Assembly (NCBI GenBank): GCA_963840035.1
Contig: CAWIXE010000002.1
Coordinates: 1,024,001-1,088,000 of the forward strand
DNA: 64,000 bases
Direction of reading: 5' to 3'
From: a candidate division FCPU426 bacterium
Lineage (GTDB): Bacteria; Oederibacteriota; PGYV01; Palsa-1178
The notes beneath the pieces were generated by a model. The model had not been told where the DNA came from and did no database searches. It was given only the letters and a program-made list of their open reading frames with translations. Below, in pieces: positions 29,223 through 37,703 of the stretch (positions are counted from its first letter, which is position 1; each line of letters starts with the position of its first letter). A program made the translations under genes and the position numbers.

Positions 29223-29847
29223 TTGGGCCCGTCCTTTTTCCTGAATTTATCCACTATATTTTTAATGACCACGTTGCCGCCGTCCACAAGTTTCTTCCCC
29301 TGTTTAAGATAGGTGGCTTTTAACTCTTCGTCAAACTTGCTTTCAGCCTTAAGCCTGTATTTGGATATGTACTCATTTGCCTGCTCTTTAATTTTAATGA
29401 TTGTTTCAGGGTCAGTAACTTCGGTGATGGTATTTAATCCGCTGGATGACGAACCCACGAGCATTATCTTGCCGGCAAACTCCACGACATAGAGCAGGTT
29501 CTTGCTGTCGAGGTATTCTTTTGCCAGGACCGTGACGACATTCTCGCTGCGCATCGGTATGGATGCCTTGACATAAAAGTATTTAATGGCTGCCATAATT
29601 ATATATATCAGGATAATTATGATTATTAACGAACCAATGAGGCTTATTACCGTGGATAAAACGCTGTTGGAAGGGATAGCCCTCGGGTATTCTATGTCCT
29701 TATAGGCATTTGACAGATATCCGGAATCCTTCTGCGCCGTATTTACAGCAGTATTGCTTACGGACGCAGTGGATTTATCTGCCGCGGCGCATAATAGTAG
29801 CGGTGCTAAAAAAAAAGAAACGCTGCGGTTATAATATTCTTTTTCAT
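29219..29847 (-). pseudogene. fliO: FliO/FliZ frameshifted in a T9 tract (or sequencing error)
   Basis: ATG 29847 gives MKKNIITAAFLFF* with T9 (+ strand A-run 29808-29816); T10 reads through signal peptide and TM into ORF 29219..29596 (~209 aa); lies between fliY and fliP. Confidence 0.8.
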
Positions 29848-29850
29848 TAT

Positions 29851-30804
29851 TTATATCTTCGGTATTCTGTCCGCCGGCCTGACGATATCAGTGATCCTGA
29901 TACCAAAGTTTTCGTCTATGACTACGACTTCGCCTTTGGCTATGTACTTCTGGTTGACAAGGATGTCAACCGGTTCGCCAGCGAGCTTATCGAGTTCGAT
30001 AACCGATCCCGGGGAGAGTTCAAGCACGTCACGGACAAGTTTTTCTGTCCTTCCGAGCTCTACTGTTACCTGCAGCGGAACGTCCATGACGATGTCAAGG
30101 CTGCGGTCATAAACTGAACCTACCGCGCGTTCCGGCTGTAATTCAGATGTTGATATATTCTGTGCTGTTGCGGCTTTCTGCATTTTTTTCCCTCCGCCTC
30201 CCGTGATATCTCCTACAAAGCCTTCTGTCGAGGCTTCTGCTTTTTTACCTGACTTTATAGCCGATGCTACTTCGCCCGAAAATATAAGGGCAAGCTTGCC
30301 CGGATTAAATTCGCCGATGTTAAGGTCCGCGTCAACAACAAGCACTTCCCCGTCTATGCCGGGTATCGAACCTGAACCAAGGTCAATAACACTGACTTCT
30401 GAAGGATTAGACATCAATCCCTGGCCTATCTGCGACGCTACTGAACTGATAATCGCGTCATTTACCTGGTTTGCAAGCTCTGTTACCGCGCTCAAATGAA
30501 GGTCTTCGAGGGCAGCGGGAGGATTTGATCCGTCCTGGCCTATCATGAGGTCTGCCATTATAGCGGCCTGCTCCTCTGATACTATCAACGCGACATTTCC
30601 CATGCCGTCGCCAAGTTCTATGGGAACAACAAGGTTCCTGCCCGGCATCATTGAAGCGACTGATCCCGAGTCTGTTTCCTCAACCGAACTCATGGAAACA
30701 GAAGTAGCTTTCCCGAGCAGTTCGGATAACATCTTTTCCCCGTTTGGTATGGCATTACCTAATATCTCTGCTGCGTTATTTTTTTCTTTGTCATTTAAGG
30801 CCAA
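29851..30804 (-). CDS. fliY: C-ring protein FliY (CheC-like N-domain plus FliN/SpoA domain)
   Basis: SAVTELANQ; DVPLQVTVELG...LDKLAGEPVDILVN...IDENFGIRIT. Confidence 0.88.
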   Translation of the reverse strand: MALNDKEKNNAAEILGNAIPNGEKMLSELLGKATSVSMSSVEETDSGSVASMMPGRNLVVPIELGDGMGNVALIVSEEQAAIMADLMIGQDGSNPPAALEDLHLSAVTELANQVNDAIISSVASQIGQGLMSNPSEVSVIDLGSGSIPGIDGEVLVVDADLNIGEFNPGKLALIFSGEVASAIKSGKKAEASTEGFVGDITGGGGKKMQKAATAQNISTSELQPERAVGSVYDRSLDIVMDVPLQVTVELGRTEKLVRDVLELSPGSVIELDKLAGEPVDILVNQKYIAKGEVVVIDENFGIRITDIVRPADRIPKI

Positions 30805-30861
30805 TTTCGCACCTCCGAAAGTTATTTTGACTTAACCGAGAATTTCTTCTCGTAAGATGTA

Positions 30862-31884
30862 TCATGTTTTCTTTATGATAGCGGTAATCTTGACCGCCTT
30901 CTTTTTGCCTTTTGTGCCGACCTTACCGTAGAACATCGGCTTATTCTCAACAGTTACTAAAAGGTCGTCCTTAGCGCCGGTTTCAAGCTTGATGATATCG
31001 CCGAGCTTTAAATTCACGACATCCTTCATCTTAAGCGTGGCTGAACCGAGATTAACGTACATCGGAACCCATGTATGCTTGACTTTATCGTCTAGAATCT
31101 GCTGGGTTTCCTGGTTCATCTCTTCTTTTGAAAGCGTGAACCACTGCTTCGCGCTTAACTTATAAAGAACTGACTCAATGACCATGTACGGTATGCACAT
31201 GGACATGGAACCTACGTGTTCCTTTATTTTAATTTCAAAGTTAAGGTTTAAGCACATTTCATTCGGGGCCACAATCTGCACAAACTGCGGATTTGTTTCC
31301 CTTGCTTTAATCTCCGGGTCAAAATCCACGATCCTGTGCCATGAATCCTTAAGGTTAAGGAACCCTTTTTCTATAATTTTGCCTACGATGGCTTGCTCTA
31401 AGTCAGTAAGTTCCCTGGGTTTCGCGATAGCTTCACCCTGGCCGCCGAGCACCCTGTCAATAATCGGAAAAATAATCGAAGGATTAATTTCAAATATCGC
31501 GAGGCCTTTTAAAGGCTCAACGCTGAATACCGCGATTGATGTAGGGTTTGGTATCTTTTCAACGTATTCCATGTATGTCAGCTGTTTTACAGATGTGACT
31601 GTGACTTCAGCTATGGTCCTGATATACCCTGAAAGGTCCGCGCCAAAATGCCTGGCGAAACTTTCATGCATCATCTCTATGGTCCTGATCTGGTCTTTGG
31701 AGAATTTATCCGGCCTGCGGAAATCATACATCTTCATTTTGCCTTTTTTCCGCGTTACTGCTGCCGGCCCGGCAGAAACAGTTTCCTGCTCGTCATCTCC
31801 GCTTTCGGCTTGCTGTTTTGGCCCGTCTTTCATACCTGCTAAGAGGGCGTCAAGTTCACCGTCAGACAGAATATCGTCAGCCAT
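30862..31884 (-). CDS. fliM: Motor switch FliM
   Basis: ILSDGELDALL, YDFRRPDKFSKDQIR, ETNPQF. Confidence 0.96.
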   Translation of the reverse strand: MADDILSDGELDALLAGMKDGPKQQAESGDDEQETVSAGPAAVTRKKGKMKMYDFRRPDKFSKDQIRTIEMMHESFARHFGADLSGYIRTIAEVTVTSVKQLTYMEYVEKIPNPTSIAVFSVEPLKGLAIFEINPSIIFPIIDRVLGGQGEAIAKPRELTDLEQAIVGKIIEKGFLNLKDSWHRIVDFDPEIKARETNPQFVQIVAPNEMCLNLNFEIKIKEHVGSMSMCIPYMVIESVLYKLSAKQWFTLSKEEMNQETQQILDDKVKHTWVPMYVNLGSATLKMKDVVNLKLGDIIKLETGAKDDLLVTVENKPMFYGKVGTKGKKKAVKITAIIKKT

Positions 31885-31913
31885 TAATCACACCCCGTAA
31901 TTTATTATTTTGT

Positions 31914-32378
31914 TTACTGTATCGCGAACGATGTAAAATAAACCTTGGCCAGCTGGCCCCTGTTTAATATCGCGTTTATTTTGTCCTTTAATTCCTGCTT
32001 TAAGGCTTCCCTGTTTTCCGGGTCCTGAAGCTGTATGGATGTCTTTGACCCGAGGGTTGATATTACTATGTCCTTTATCTGCGGCATCCTCTTATCAACT
32101 TCCTCAGCTAACTTTAAGCTGGAACCGAAATCAAGCTCCATAACCACGTTTGAACGGAGGTAATGGCTCTCTGTCGGATCAGCGAGGTTTACAATGAATT
32201 CACCAAGCGTTGTTATCGGGCCCAGTTCGGGTTTTTCCACAATGACTTTCTTTGTCGCCGGCGTTGTCTTGGACATAATCGCAAAAAACGTAACGACCGC
32301 GGTACTTAAACTTATCACAAGCACTATGACGGTCAAAATAATTAGAACCTGAATCCCTTTCTTGTCGTCTCCAGCCAT
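31914..32378 (-). CDS. fliL: FliL
   Basis: N-terminal TM, FIVNLAD, VYFTSFAIQ. Confidence 0.93.
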   Translation of the reverse strand: MAGDDKKGIQVLIILTVIVLVISLSTAVVTFFAIMSKTTPATKKVIVEKPELGPITTLGEFIVNLADPTESHYLRSNVVMELDFGSSLKLAEEVDKRMPQIKDIVISTLGSKTSIQLQDPENREALKQELKDKINAILNRGQLAKVYFTSFAIQ

Positions 32379-32411
32379 ACTAATACCTCCTCGTCGGTAT
32401 TGATTTTTTTA

Positions 32412-33245
32412 TTAATATGTTATAGTTTCAAGATTCTCTTTTTCCATCTGTTCCCTGTTCTTTACGTCTGAGGGCAGCGGTAGTTCCCTTGATTCCATAA
32501 TTTTATCATCAATAAGGTCAGCTTTTAATACCACTATGTCTATCCTTCTGTTCTTTGCCCTTGTAATATCGTCAATATTGGGCACAAGCGGCTTAAACTC
32601 CGCGTATCCCGCTGCCGAGCATCTGTCAGGTGAAACGCCTTTTCTTACCAGGTATTTCAGCACCGATACGGCTCTTGCGGCCGATAAATCCCAATTGTCG
32701 CTGTACTTTGCCTTGATAGCCGTTTTAGTAATCGGCGTATCGTCCGTATGGCCTTCGACTATTATCGGGTTTGTATTTGCTTTAAGCAGCTCCGCAATGT
32801 CGGTTAATACTTCTTTTGTCTGCGGAAGCAGCACTGATGAACCGCTGTTAAATAAAATCTTGTCGGTCATAAGGCTTATAATAAGTCCCCTTTCGTTAAA
32901 ACGGACTTTTACATCCCTTTCAAGTTTCTTCTGAAGGATCCATTTCTGGACCCTCTGCTTTGTGTTTGTAAGCTGAACCTGTGAGTCAGGCATGGTTACC
33001 GGTATGGTATCAGTGGTAGCGCCTGAGCCTAAAACAGATACCTGGCCTGATAATCCGAATGCCTGTCCAAGCGCCATGGCAAGGGCGCGTACTTTTGTCT
33101 CATCCACGACTGACATGGAATAAAGGATAACGAACAACGCGAAGAGAAGGGTTAACATATCCGCGTATGTGAGAAGCCATCTCATCATACCTCCGGATTC
33201 CATCTCCATGCTGCCTTCGCCGCCGCCTTTCTTTCTTTTACCCAT
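32412..33245 (-). CDS. motB: Stator MotB
   Basis: WLLTYADMLTLL; OmpA-like domain EGHTD...NWDLSAARA...NRRIDI. Confidence 0.95.
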   Translation of the reverse strand: MGKRKKGGGEGSMEMESGGMMRWLLTYADMLTLLFALFVILYSMSVVDETKVRALAMALGQAFGLSGQVSVLGSGATTDTIPVTMPDSQVQLTNTKQRVQKWILQKKLERDVKVRFNERGLIISLMTDKILFNSGSSVLLPQTKEVLTDIAELLKANTNPIIVEGHTDDTPITKTAIKAKYSDNWDLSAARAVSVLKYLVRKGVSPDRCSAAGYAEFKPLVPNIDDITRAKNRRIDIVVLKADLIDDKIMESRELPLPSDVKNREQMEKENLETITY

Positions 33246-34073
33246 TTATGCTGCTCCTCCGCCTGCGGCTCCGCCCTCGGCTTCAGCGCCCTCTGCCTTA
33301 ACTGCCTGCTCTTTAGGCGACAAGAACGCTTTGAGCTTTTCTTCAACGATCCTCGGATTGTCTCCGGCGGATATTGAAAGGATGCCTTCTATCATAACTT
33401 CGCGGATAAGAACTTCTTCCGCTGATTTTGCTTTTAATTTGAATGAGATTGGAAGGAAGATAAGGTTGGCGAACCCGATGCCGTAGAATGTCGCGATAAA
33501 GGCTACGGCGATGGCGCCCGCGACTTTGCTGGCATTTTCAAGCGATCCGAGGGCGTTAACCAGTCCCATAACGGTTCCTACGATTCCAAGGGTTGGAGCA
33601 AATCCGCCGAGCGTTCCGAATACTCCCTCGCCCAATTTATGCCTTGCTTCAAGGAAGGCGAGGTCTGTCTCAAGGATGGACCTTACGAGTTCTATGTCAG
33701 TGCCGTCAACAACAAGCTGAATTCCTTTTTTCAGGAAGTTATCATTAACCTGAGCGATTTCATCTTCAAGGCCGAGCAATCCTTCCCTTCTGGCCTTAGT
33801 GGCGAAACCTACGAGCGTCTGAATGACGTCTCCGGCTTTCATTTCCCTTTTCAAAAATGCCTGTTTTGCGATAACCGGGATGTTTATAATGACTTCCCAC
33901 GGGTAGCTTATAATCGTAGCACCCAATGTTCCTCCGATAACGATGAAAAACGCTGAAAGCTGGAAGAACATGACTACAACACCGATATTGCCTTCAGATT
34001 CCATCAACAGGGCTACGATAACCGAGCCCCAGCCTAACGCGAGACCAATGATTGTTGATATGTCAATTGCCAC
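33246..34073 (-). CDS. motA: Stator MotA
   Basis: ARREGLLGLE, APTLGIVGTVMGL, AFIATFYG. Confidence 0.95.
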   Translation of the reverse strand: MAIDISTIIGLALGWGSVIVALLMESEGNIGVVVMFFQLSAFFIVIGGTLGATIISYPWEVIINIPVIAKQAFLKREMKAGDVIQTLVGFATKARREGLLGLEDEIAQVNDNFLKKGIQLVVDGTDIELVRSILETDLAFLEARHKLGEGVFGTLGGFAPTLGIVGTVMGLVNALGSLENASKVAGAIAVAFIATFYGIGFANLIFLPISFKLKAKSAEEVLIREVMIEGILSISAGDNPRIVEEKLKAFLSPKEQAVKAEGAEAEGGAAGGGAA

Positions 34074-34102
34074 TTAATCCACCCCCTGGTTAAAGGTTTA
34101 GT

Positions 34103-34312
34103 TTAGTTTTCTTTTACTATTGGTAAATTTAATTCTTTTTTATAAAGAATTATCTTTTGAACTATCTCGTCAACAGACTCTTTTACGACCACTTTCTTGC
34201 CTGTAGTCATTGTAATGAGCGTTTCCGGTGTCTGCTCAAGCATTTCAATGAGTTCACCGTTTAAAACAACCTTTTTACCGTCAAGACGCGATACAAATAT
34301 CAATTTTTCCAA
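34103..34312 (-). CDS. flbD: FlbD/SwrD family flagellar protein
   Basis: RLDG...LNGELIE...TPETLITMTTGKKVVVKES. Confidence 0.9.
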   Translation of the reverse strand: MEKLIFVSRLDGKKVVLNGELIEMLEQTPETLITMTTGKKVVVKESVDEIVQKIILYKKELNLPIVKEN

Positions 34313-34335
34313 CTCTCCTAATAAAATGTAAAGTT

Positions 34336-34364
34336 ATTTTACAATTTTTGCCCTTTATTGTCAA
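34336..34364 (-). promoter_or_regulatory. Sigma-70 promoter TTGACA-N17-TAAAAT for flbD-motAB and downstream genes
   Basis: Near-consensus match. Confidence 0.7.
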
Positions 34365-34567
34365 TAATAAAATACTTTTATTTGCCGTTTCATGATTTAG
34401 ATACCTGTTTTAAAACAGTGTTTTAAAGCCAAAAAACCGCACTTTTACACTTTTTTAAAAAAACACACCTCGAAATTCATAATACCGCTTTATTTATTCC
34501 TGTTTTTTTGATTTTGAGTGTTATTTTTCTCGGATCTGCCGCATTAATAAAACATCATCAGAAACAA

Positions 34568-34647
34568 GTGTCCGCTACAGACAGTTTTTTCTTTATGGCC
34601 TGCGCTACTGCGCAATCCATAAAGAAAAAACTGTCTGTAGCGGACAC
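34568..34647. repeat. Perfect 31-bp inverted repeat
   Basis: gtgtccgctacagacagttttttctttatgg / ccataaagaaaaaactgtctgtagcggacac with an 18-nt loop. Confidence 0.85.
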
Positions 34648-34722
34648 AACCACACACTCACAAATAATTTTCGATCGTTCTTTTCTTCACGCTTGCGCGC
34701 AATGCCGCAGTATATAGAAATG

Positions 34723-34754
34723 GAAAAGGCCGGAGATTTCTCTCCGGCCTTTTC
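34723..34754 (-). terminator. Intrinsic terminator after flgE
   Basis: gaaaaggccggaga-tttc-tctccggccttttc hairpin. Confidence 0.8.
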
Positions 34755-34778
34755 TCTATACTGCGCTGCTAAACTCTA

Positions 34779-36668
34779 TTACCTTCCGAGGTTAACAAGC
34801 GTGTCTAACATGTTTGACGAAGTCGTGATGACCCTCGCGTTTGACTCGAAGCCCCTCTGAGCTATGATCATGTTCGTAAGCTCGACTGAGAGGTCAACGT
34901 TTGATGCTTCAAGCGCTCCGCCGATGGTGGATCCTGAGCCCGCTTCTCCGCTGGCTACTACCCTGGCTATGCCTGAATTCGAAGTTGTGCTGTACATATT
35001 GCCGCCCGATTTTGAAAGACCCTGAGCGTTCATGAAAGTAGCTATCGCGAGTTTTGCGATAGTGATTGACCTTTCATTCGAGAACTGTCCGACTATACCA
35101 CCGGAATTATCAACTGAAAGGCTGAGCAGGTCTCCCGCCCTCCATCCGTCAACTTCCTTCGTGTAAGGTGTGTTGTTCGGGATGTATGTCGATACGCCGC
35201 CGACTATCTGGTAAGAACCTGTAACATCGCCTGTCAATCCGTCCCTTAATCCCGGCTGAGCCTGGTCTATGGGGGTGTTGGTAGCGTTATTAACGCGTAC
35301 TGTTCCGTCTGCCTGCGCGCTGGTATTCCAGGAATTCGGCGTTCCGAAATCAAGCTGGAAAGCAAGGTCAAGGGCGCCGTCCGGCATAATGCCCTGCGCT
35401 GAGCTTGCCTGTGTAAATGTTATCATTGGTCCGTAAATTGTTTCTCCATTGATGGTGGTAGCGAGGTTCTGCCTTCCGCCTAATGAAGCTGCCGCTCCGG
35501 GCGCTGCCCAGCTTCCGCCGTTTGACGCGAGCGATCCGTCATCGTTAAACCAGATTGCTGAGTTTGTGTCCATGGCTGTACCTGCTGCGGCTGTAGCAGC
35601 TGTTGTGATGTTTGTTCCGCCGACGCAGTTATAGAAATCCGGCTCGCCTGTCAAGAACGGGTCAACACCGCCGCTGTTAGTGGTATCAAATGCGTACCAA
35701 TCCCATACCGGCCTTGCTGTACCTGCTGCGGCCACGCCGTGCTGGAAGAACCATATTGTAAGCGACCTTGGGTTGCCGAGCGAGTCATAAACAGTAAATG
35801 TGGATGTCGCGTCCGGTGTTATCTTTGCCGAATTCACATCTGCCGGGTTTGTGTGGAAGAAAGCAATGGTGGCTGCCGGCCAGTTTGTTGCCGGTGGGAC
35901 AGGAGCTGCGACATATGTAGTACGCTGCTGAATTGAACCTGCGCCGCCTGCGAGCGGAACCTGTGCTCCCGCCGTATAAGCGTCCGGTGAATAATTGGCC
36001 GGAAGCGGTGTGCCTGTGCCGGCGGCTGCTGCTGCTACTGAAGCATAGTTGTTCTTTGTCGTGTTGGAGTCAAGGTTTCCTCCGATTTTTACGAACCTTG
36101 TAGCCTGTGCCGACATCGTGAGGTCTTTCGGTATGGTGAGGTTTCCTACCTGTGAAACGTCGTCAGTGTTTAAAACATAGTTTGCGGCGTCTATCTGGAA
36201 TGCGGGGTTGTAGCCGGCAGTTGTCGCGAATGTCCTTTCAATTCCGCCGCTCCAGCCCTGAACGATGCCTCCGTTTGAAGCTACGAGGTTTCCCGCGTTG
36301 TCCTGAAGGAAGTTTCCGGCCCTTGTGTATGTGGTCTTTGAGCCTGATTTTGCCATAAAGAAGCCTTCGCCTGTGATTGCTACGTCAAGCGGATTTCCTG
36401 TCGTCTGAATGGCGCCCTGTGTCATGATGGTATCGATTGAGCCGAGTGCCGAACCTAACCCCATCTGCTGAGGATTGATACCGCCGAGATTCGCGGAAGT
36501 ATTCGCGCCTGACGCCGCTCCAAGTGACTGTGTGATCTGTTCCTTGAAGGTGATCCTCTGCATCTTGTACGCTACCGTGTTGACGTTGGAGATGTTGTTT
36601 CCTACAACATTCATCCATGTTGAGTGGTTCTTTAATCCTGAGATTGCCGAGAACATTGATCCGATCAT
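34779..36668 (-). CDS. flgE: Flagellar hook protein FlgE (~629 aa, large insertions)
   Basis: AISGL...VGNNISNVNT, TGNPLDVAITGEGFF, YTRAGNF, LEASNVDLSVELTNMIIAQRGF. Confidence 0.95.
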   Translation of the reverse strand: MIGSMFSAISGLKNHSTWMNVVGNNISNVNTVAYKMQRITFKEQITQSLGAASGANTSANLGGINPQQMGLGSALGSIDTIMTQGAIQTTGNPLDVAITGEGFFMAKSGSKTTYTRAGNFLQDNAGNLVASNGGIVQGWSGGIERTFATTAGYNPAFQIDAANYVLNTDDVSQVGNLTIPKDLTMSAQATRFVKIGGNLDSNTTKNNYASVAAAAAGTGTPLPANYSPDAYTAGAQVPLAGGAGSIQQRTTYVAAPVPPATNWPAATIAFFHTNPADVNSAKITPDATSTFTVYDSLGNPRSLTIWFFQHGVAAAGTARPVWDWYAFDTTNSGGVDPFLTGEPDFYNCVGGTNITTAATAAAGTAMDTNSAIWFNDDGSLASNGGSWAAPGAAASLGGRQNLATTINGETIYGPMITFTQASSAQGIMPDGALDLAFQLDFGTPNSWNTSAQADGTVRVNNATNTPIDQAQPGLRDGLTGDVTGSYQIVGGVSTYIPNNTPYTKEVDGWRAGDLLSLSVDNSGGIVGQFSNERSITIAKLAIATFMNAQGLSKSGGNMYSTTSNSGIARVVASGEAGSGSTIGGALEASNVDLSVELTNMIIAQRGFESNARVITTSSNMLDTLVNLGR

Positions 36669-36780
36669 AATCTTCACTCTCCTTTTAAATTTTAGGCTCC
36701 GTATTCAACGGGCCCTTTTTAAGGAGGCTCCTTCTCGCCTTCTTTGCAAGGCAAAGAAGTCCAGCCTCATTTTACTTAGC
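36669..36780 (-). promoter_or_regulatory. Candidate structured flgE leader
   Basis: Two hairpins both ending GGAGCCU; the first begins AGGCUGGAC; motif shared with the fliK leader. Confidence 0.5.
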
Positions 36781-37182
36781 TTACGCGAACACCGCGCTGT
36801 CAATATTCGTGAAAACATTTTCCTTCATGCCGCTTTTGTCAACGGCCGTAATCACGGTATTGTTCTTCACGCTAACGATAAGAGAAAAATTATCGAATAT
36901 CATGAGCGTTTCGTTGGCGCCTTTCTCTTTTGCCTTCGCTACCGCGCCTTTCAGCCTCTGCATGATGTCAGGCGTAAGCTCTATGTCCCTTGACGCCAGC
37001 CTTTTTTCCGCGTGGGCTGAAAACCTTATCTCGGTATCGTTTACCGCTACCTTGTCTTCGAGAACCTGCTTAAAAGATGGGGTACCCTGGGCAGGCGCCT
37101 GCGTGATATTTAACTGGCGCTTTTGTGCCTCTTGCAGCTGTGATAACTTTTGCAGCTGACTGTTATTTACATTATTAATCAT
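36781..37182 (-). CDS. TIGR02530-family flagellar operon protein
   Basis: FSAHAEKRLASRDI...KNNTVITA...NVFTNIDSAV; lies between flgD and flgE. Confidence 0.9.
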   Translation of the reverse strand: MINNVNNSQLQKLSQLQEAQKRQLNITQAPAQGTPSFKQVLEDKVAVNDTEIRFSAHAEKRLASRDIELTPDIMQRLKGAVAKAKEKGANETLMIFDNFSLIVSVKNNTVITAVDKSGMKENVFTNIDSAVFA

Positions 37183-37202
37183 TGGGTATTCTCCTCCTTC
37201 TT

Positions 37203-37685
37203 TTAAGCCTTAATCTCCTGCACGTCCGCGATGCCGTAAAGCACTCCGTTAACCTGTAGCTTTGGCTGTCCATCCACGAACTTTATTACTGTTACCTGCC
37301 CTGTTACATCCGGGCCTTTTGTCGTCGTGCCGTCCGCTGCCGTAATCGTCGGTGAAATTGTAACGTTCTTACCGATCAGTCCCGCTGCCTGGGTCGTATT
37401 CTGCATCATGATAAGCGCTATCAAGTTCTTGTTCAGCGAATCCATGGAAGACGACTGGCCGGCAAATGTCGTGTTAAGGCTCTGCATCTGCTCAAGCGAT
37501 GAAAACTGCGCCATGTCAGCAACAAACGACTCATCCGTTACCGGGTTTGTCGGGTCCTGATACTGGAGCTTCGTGATGAGCATCTTTAAAAAATCGCTCT
37601 TGCCGAGCTGTGATGTCGGATTATCCACCTGGCTCGTAAAATTCGCGTTCGTAAGTCCGGTATTTCCCACATTAGAAATTGCCAT
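37203..37685 (-). CDS. flgD: Hook capping protein FlgD
   Basis: LGKSDFLKMLITKLQYQDPTNP...MAQFSSLEQM. Confidence 0.95.
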   Translation of the reverse strand: MAISNVGNTGLTNANFTSQVDNPTSQLGKSDFLKMLITKLQYQDPTNPVTDESFVADMAQFSSLEQMQSLNTTFAGQSSSMDSLNKNLIALIMMQNTTQAAGLIGKNVTISPTITAADGTTTKGPDVTGQVTVIKFVDGQPKLQVNGVLYGIADVQEIKA

Positions 37686-37703
37686 TGTGCACCTCCTCTC
37701 TTT

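Noticed and set aside
34508..34717. 69-aa plus-strand ORF
   Set aside because: TTG start with no RBS; runs through the palindrome
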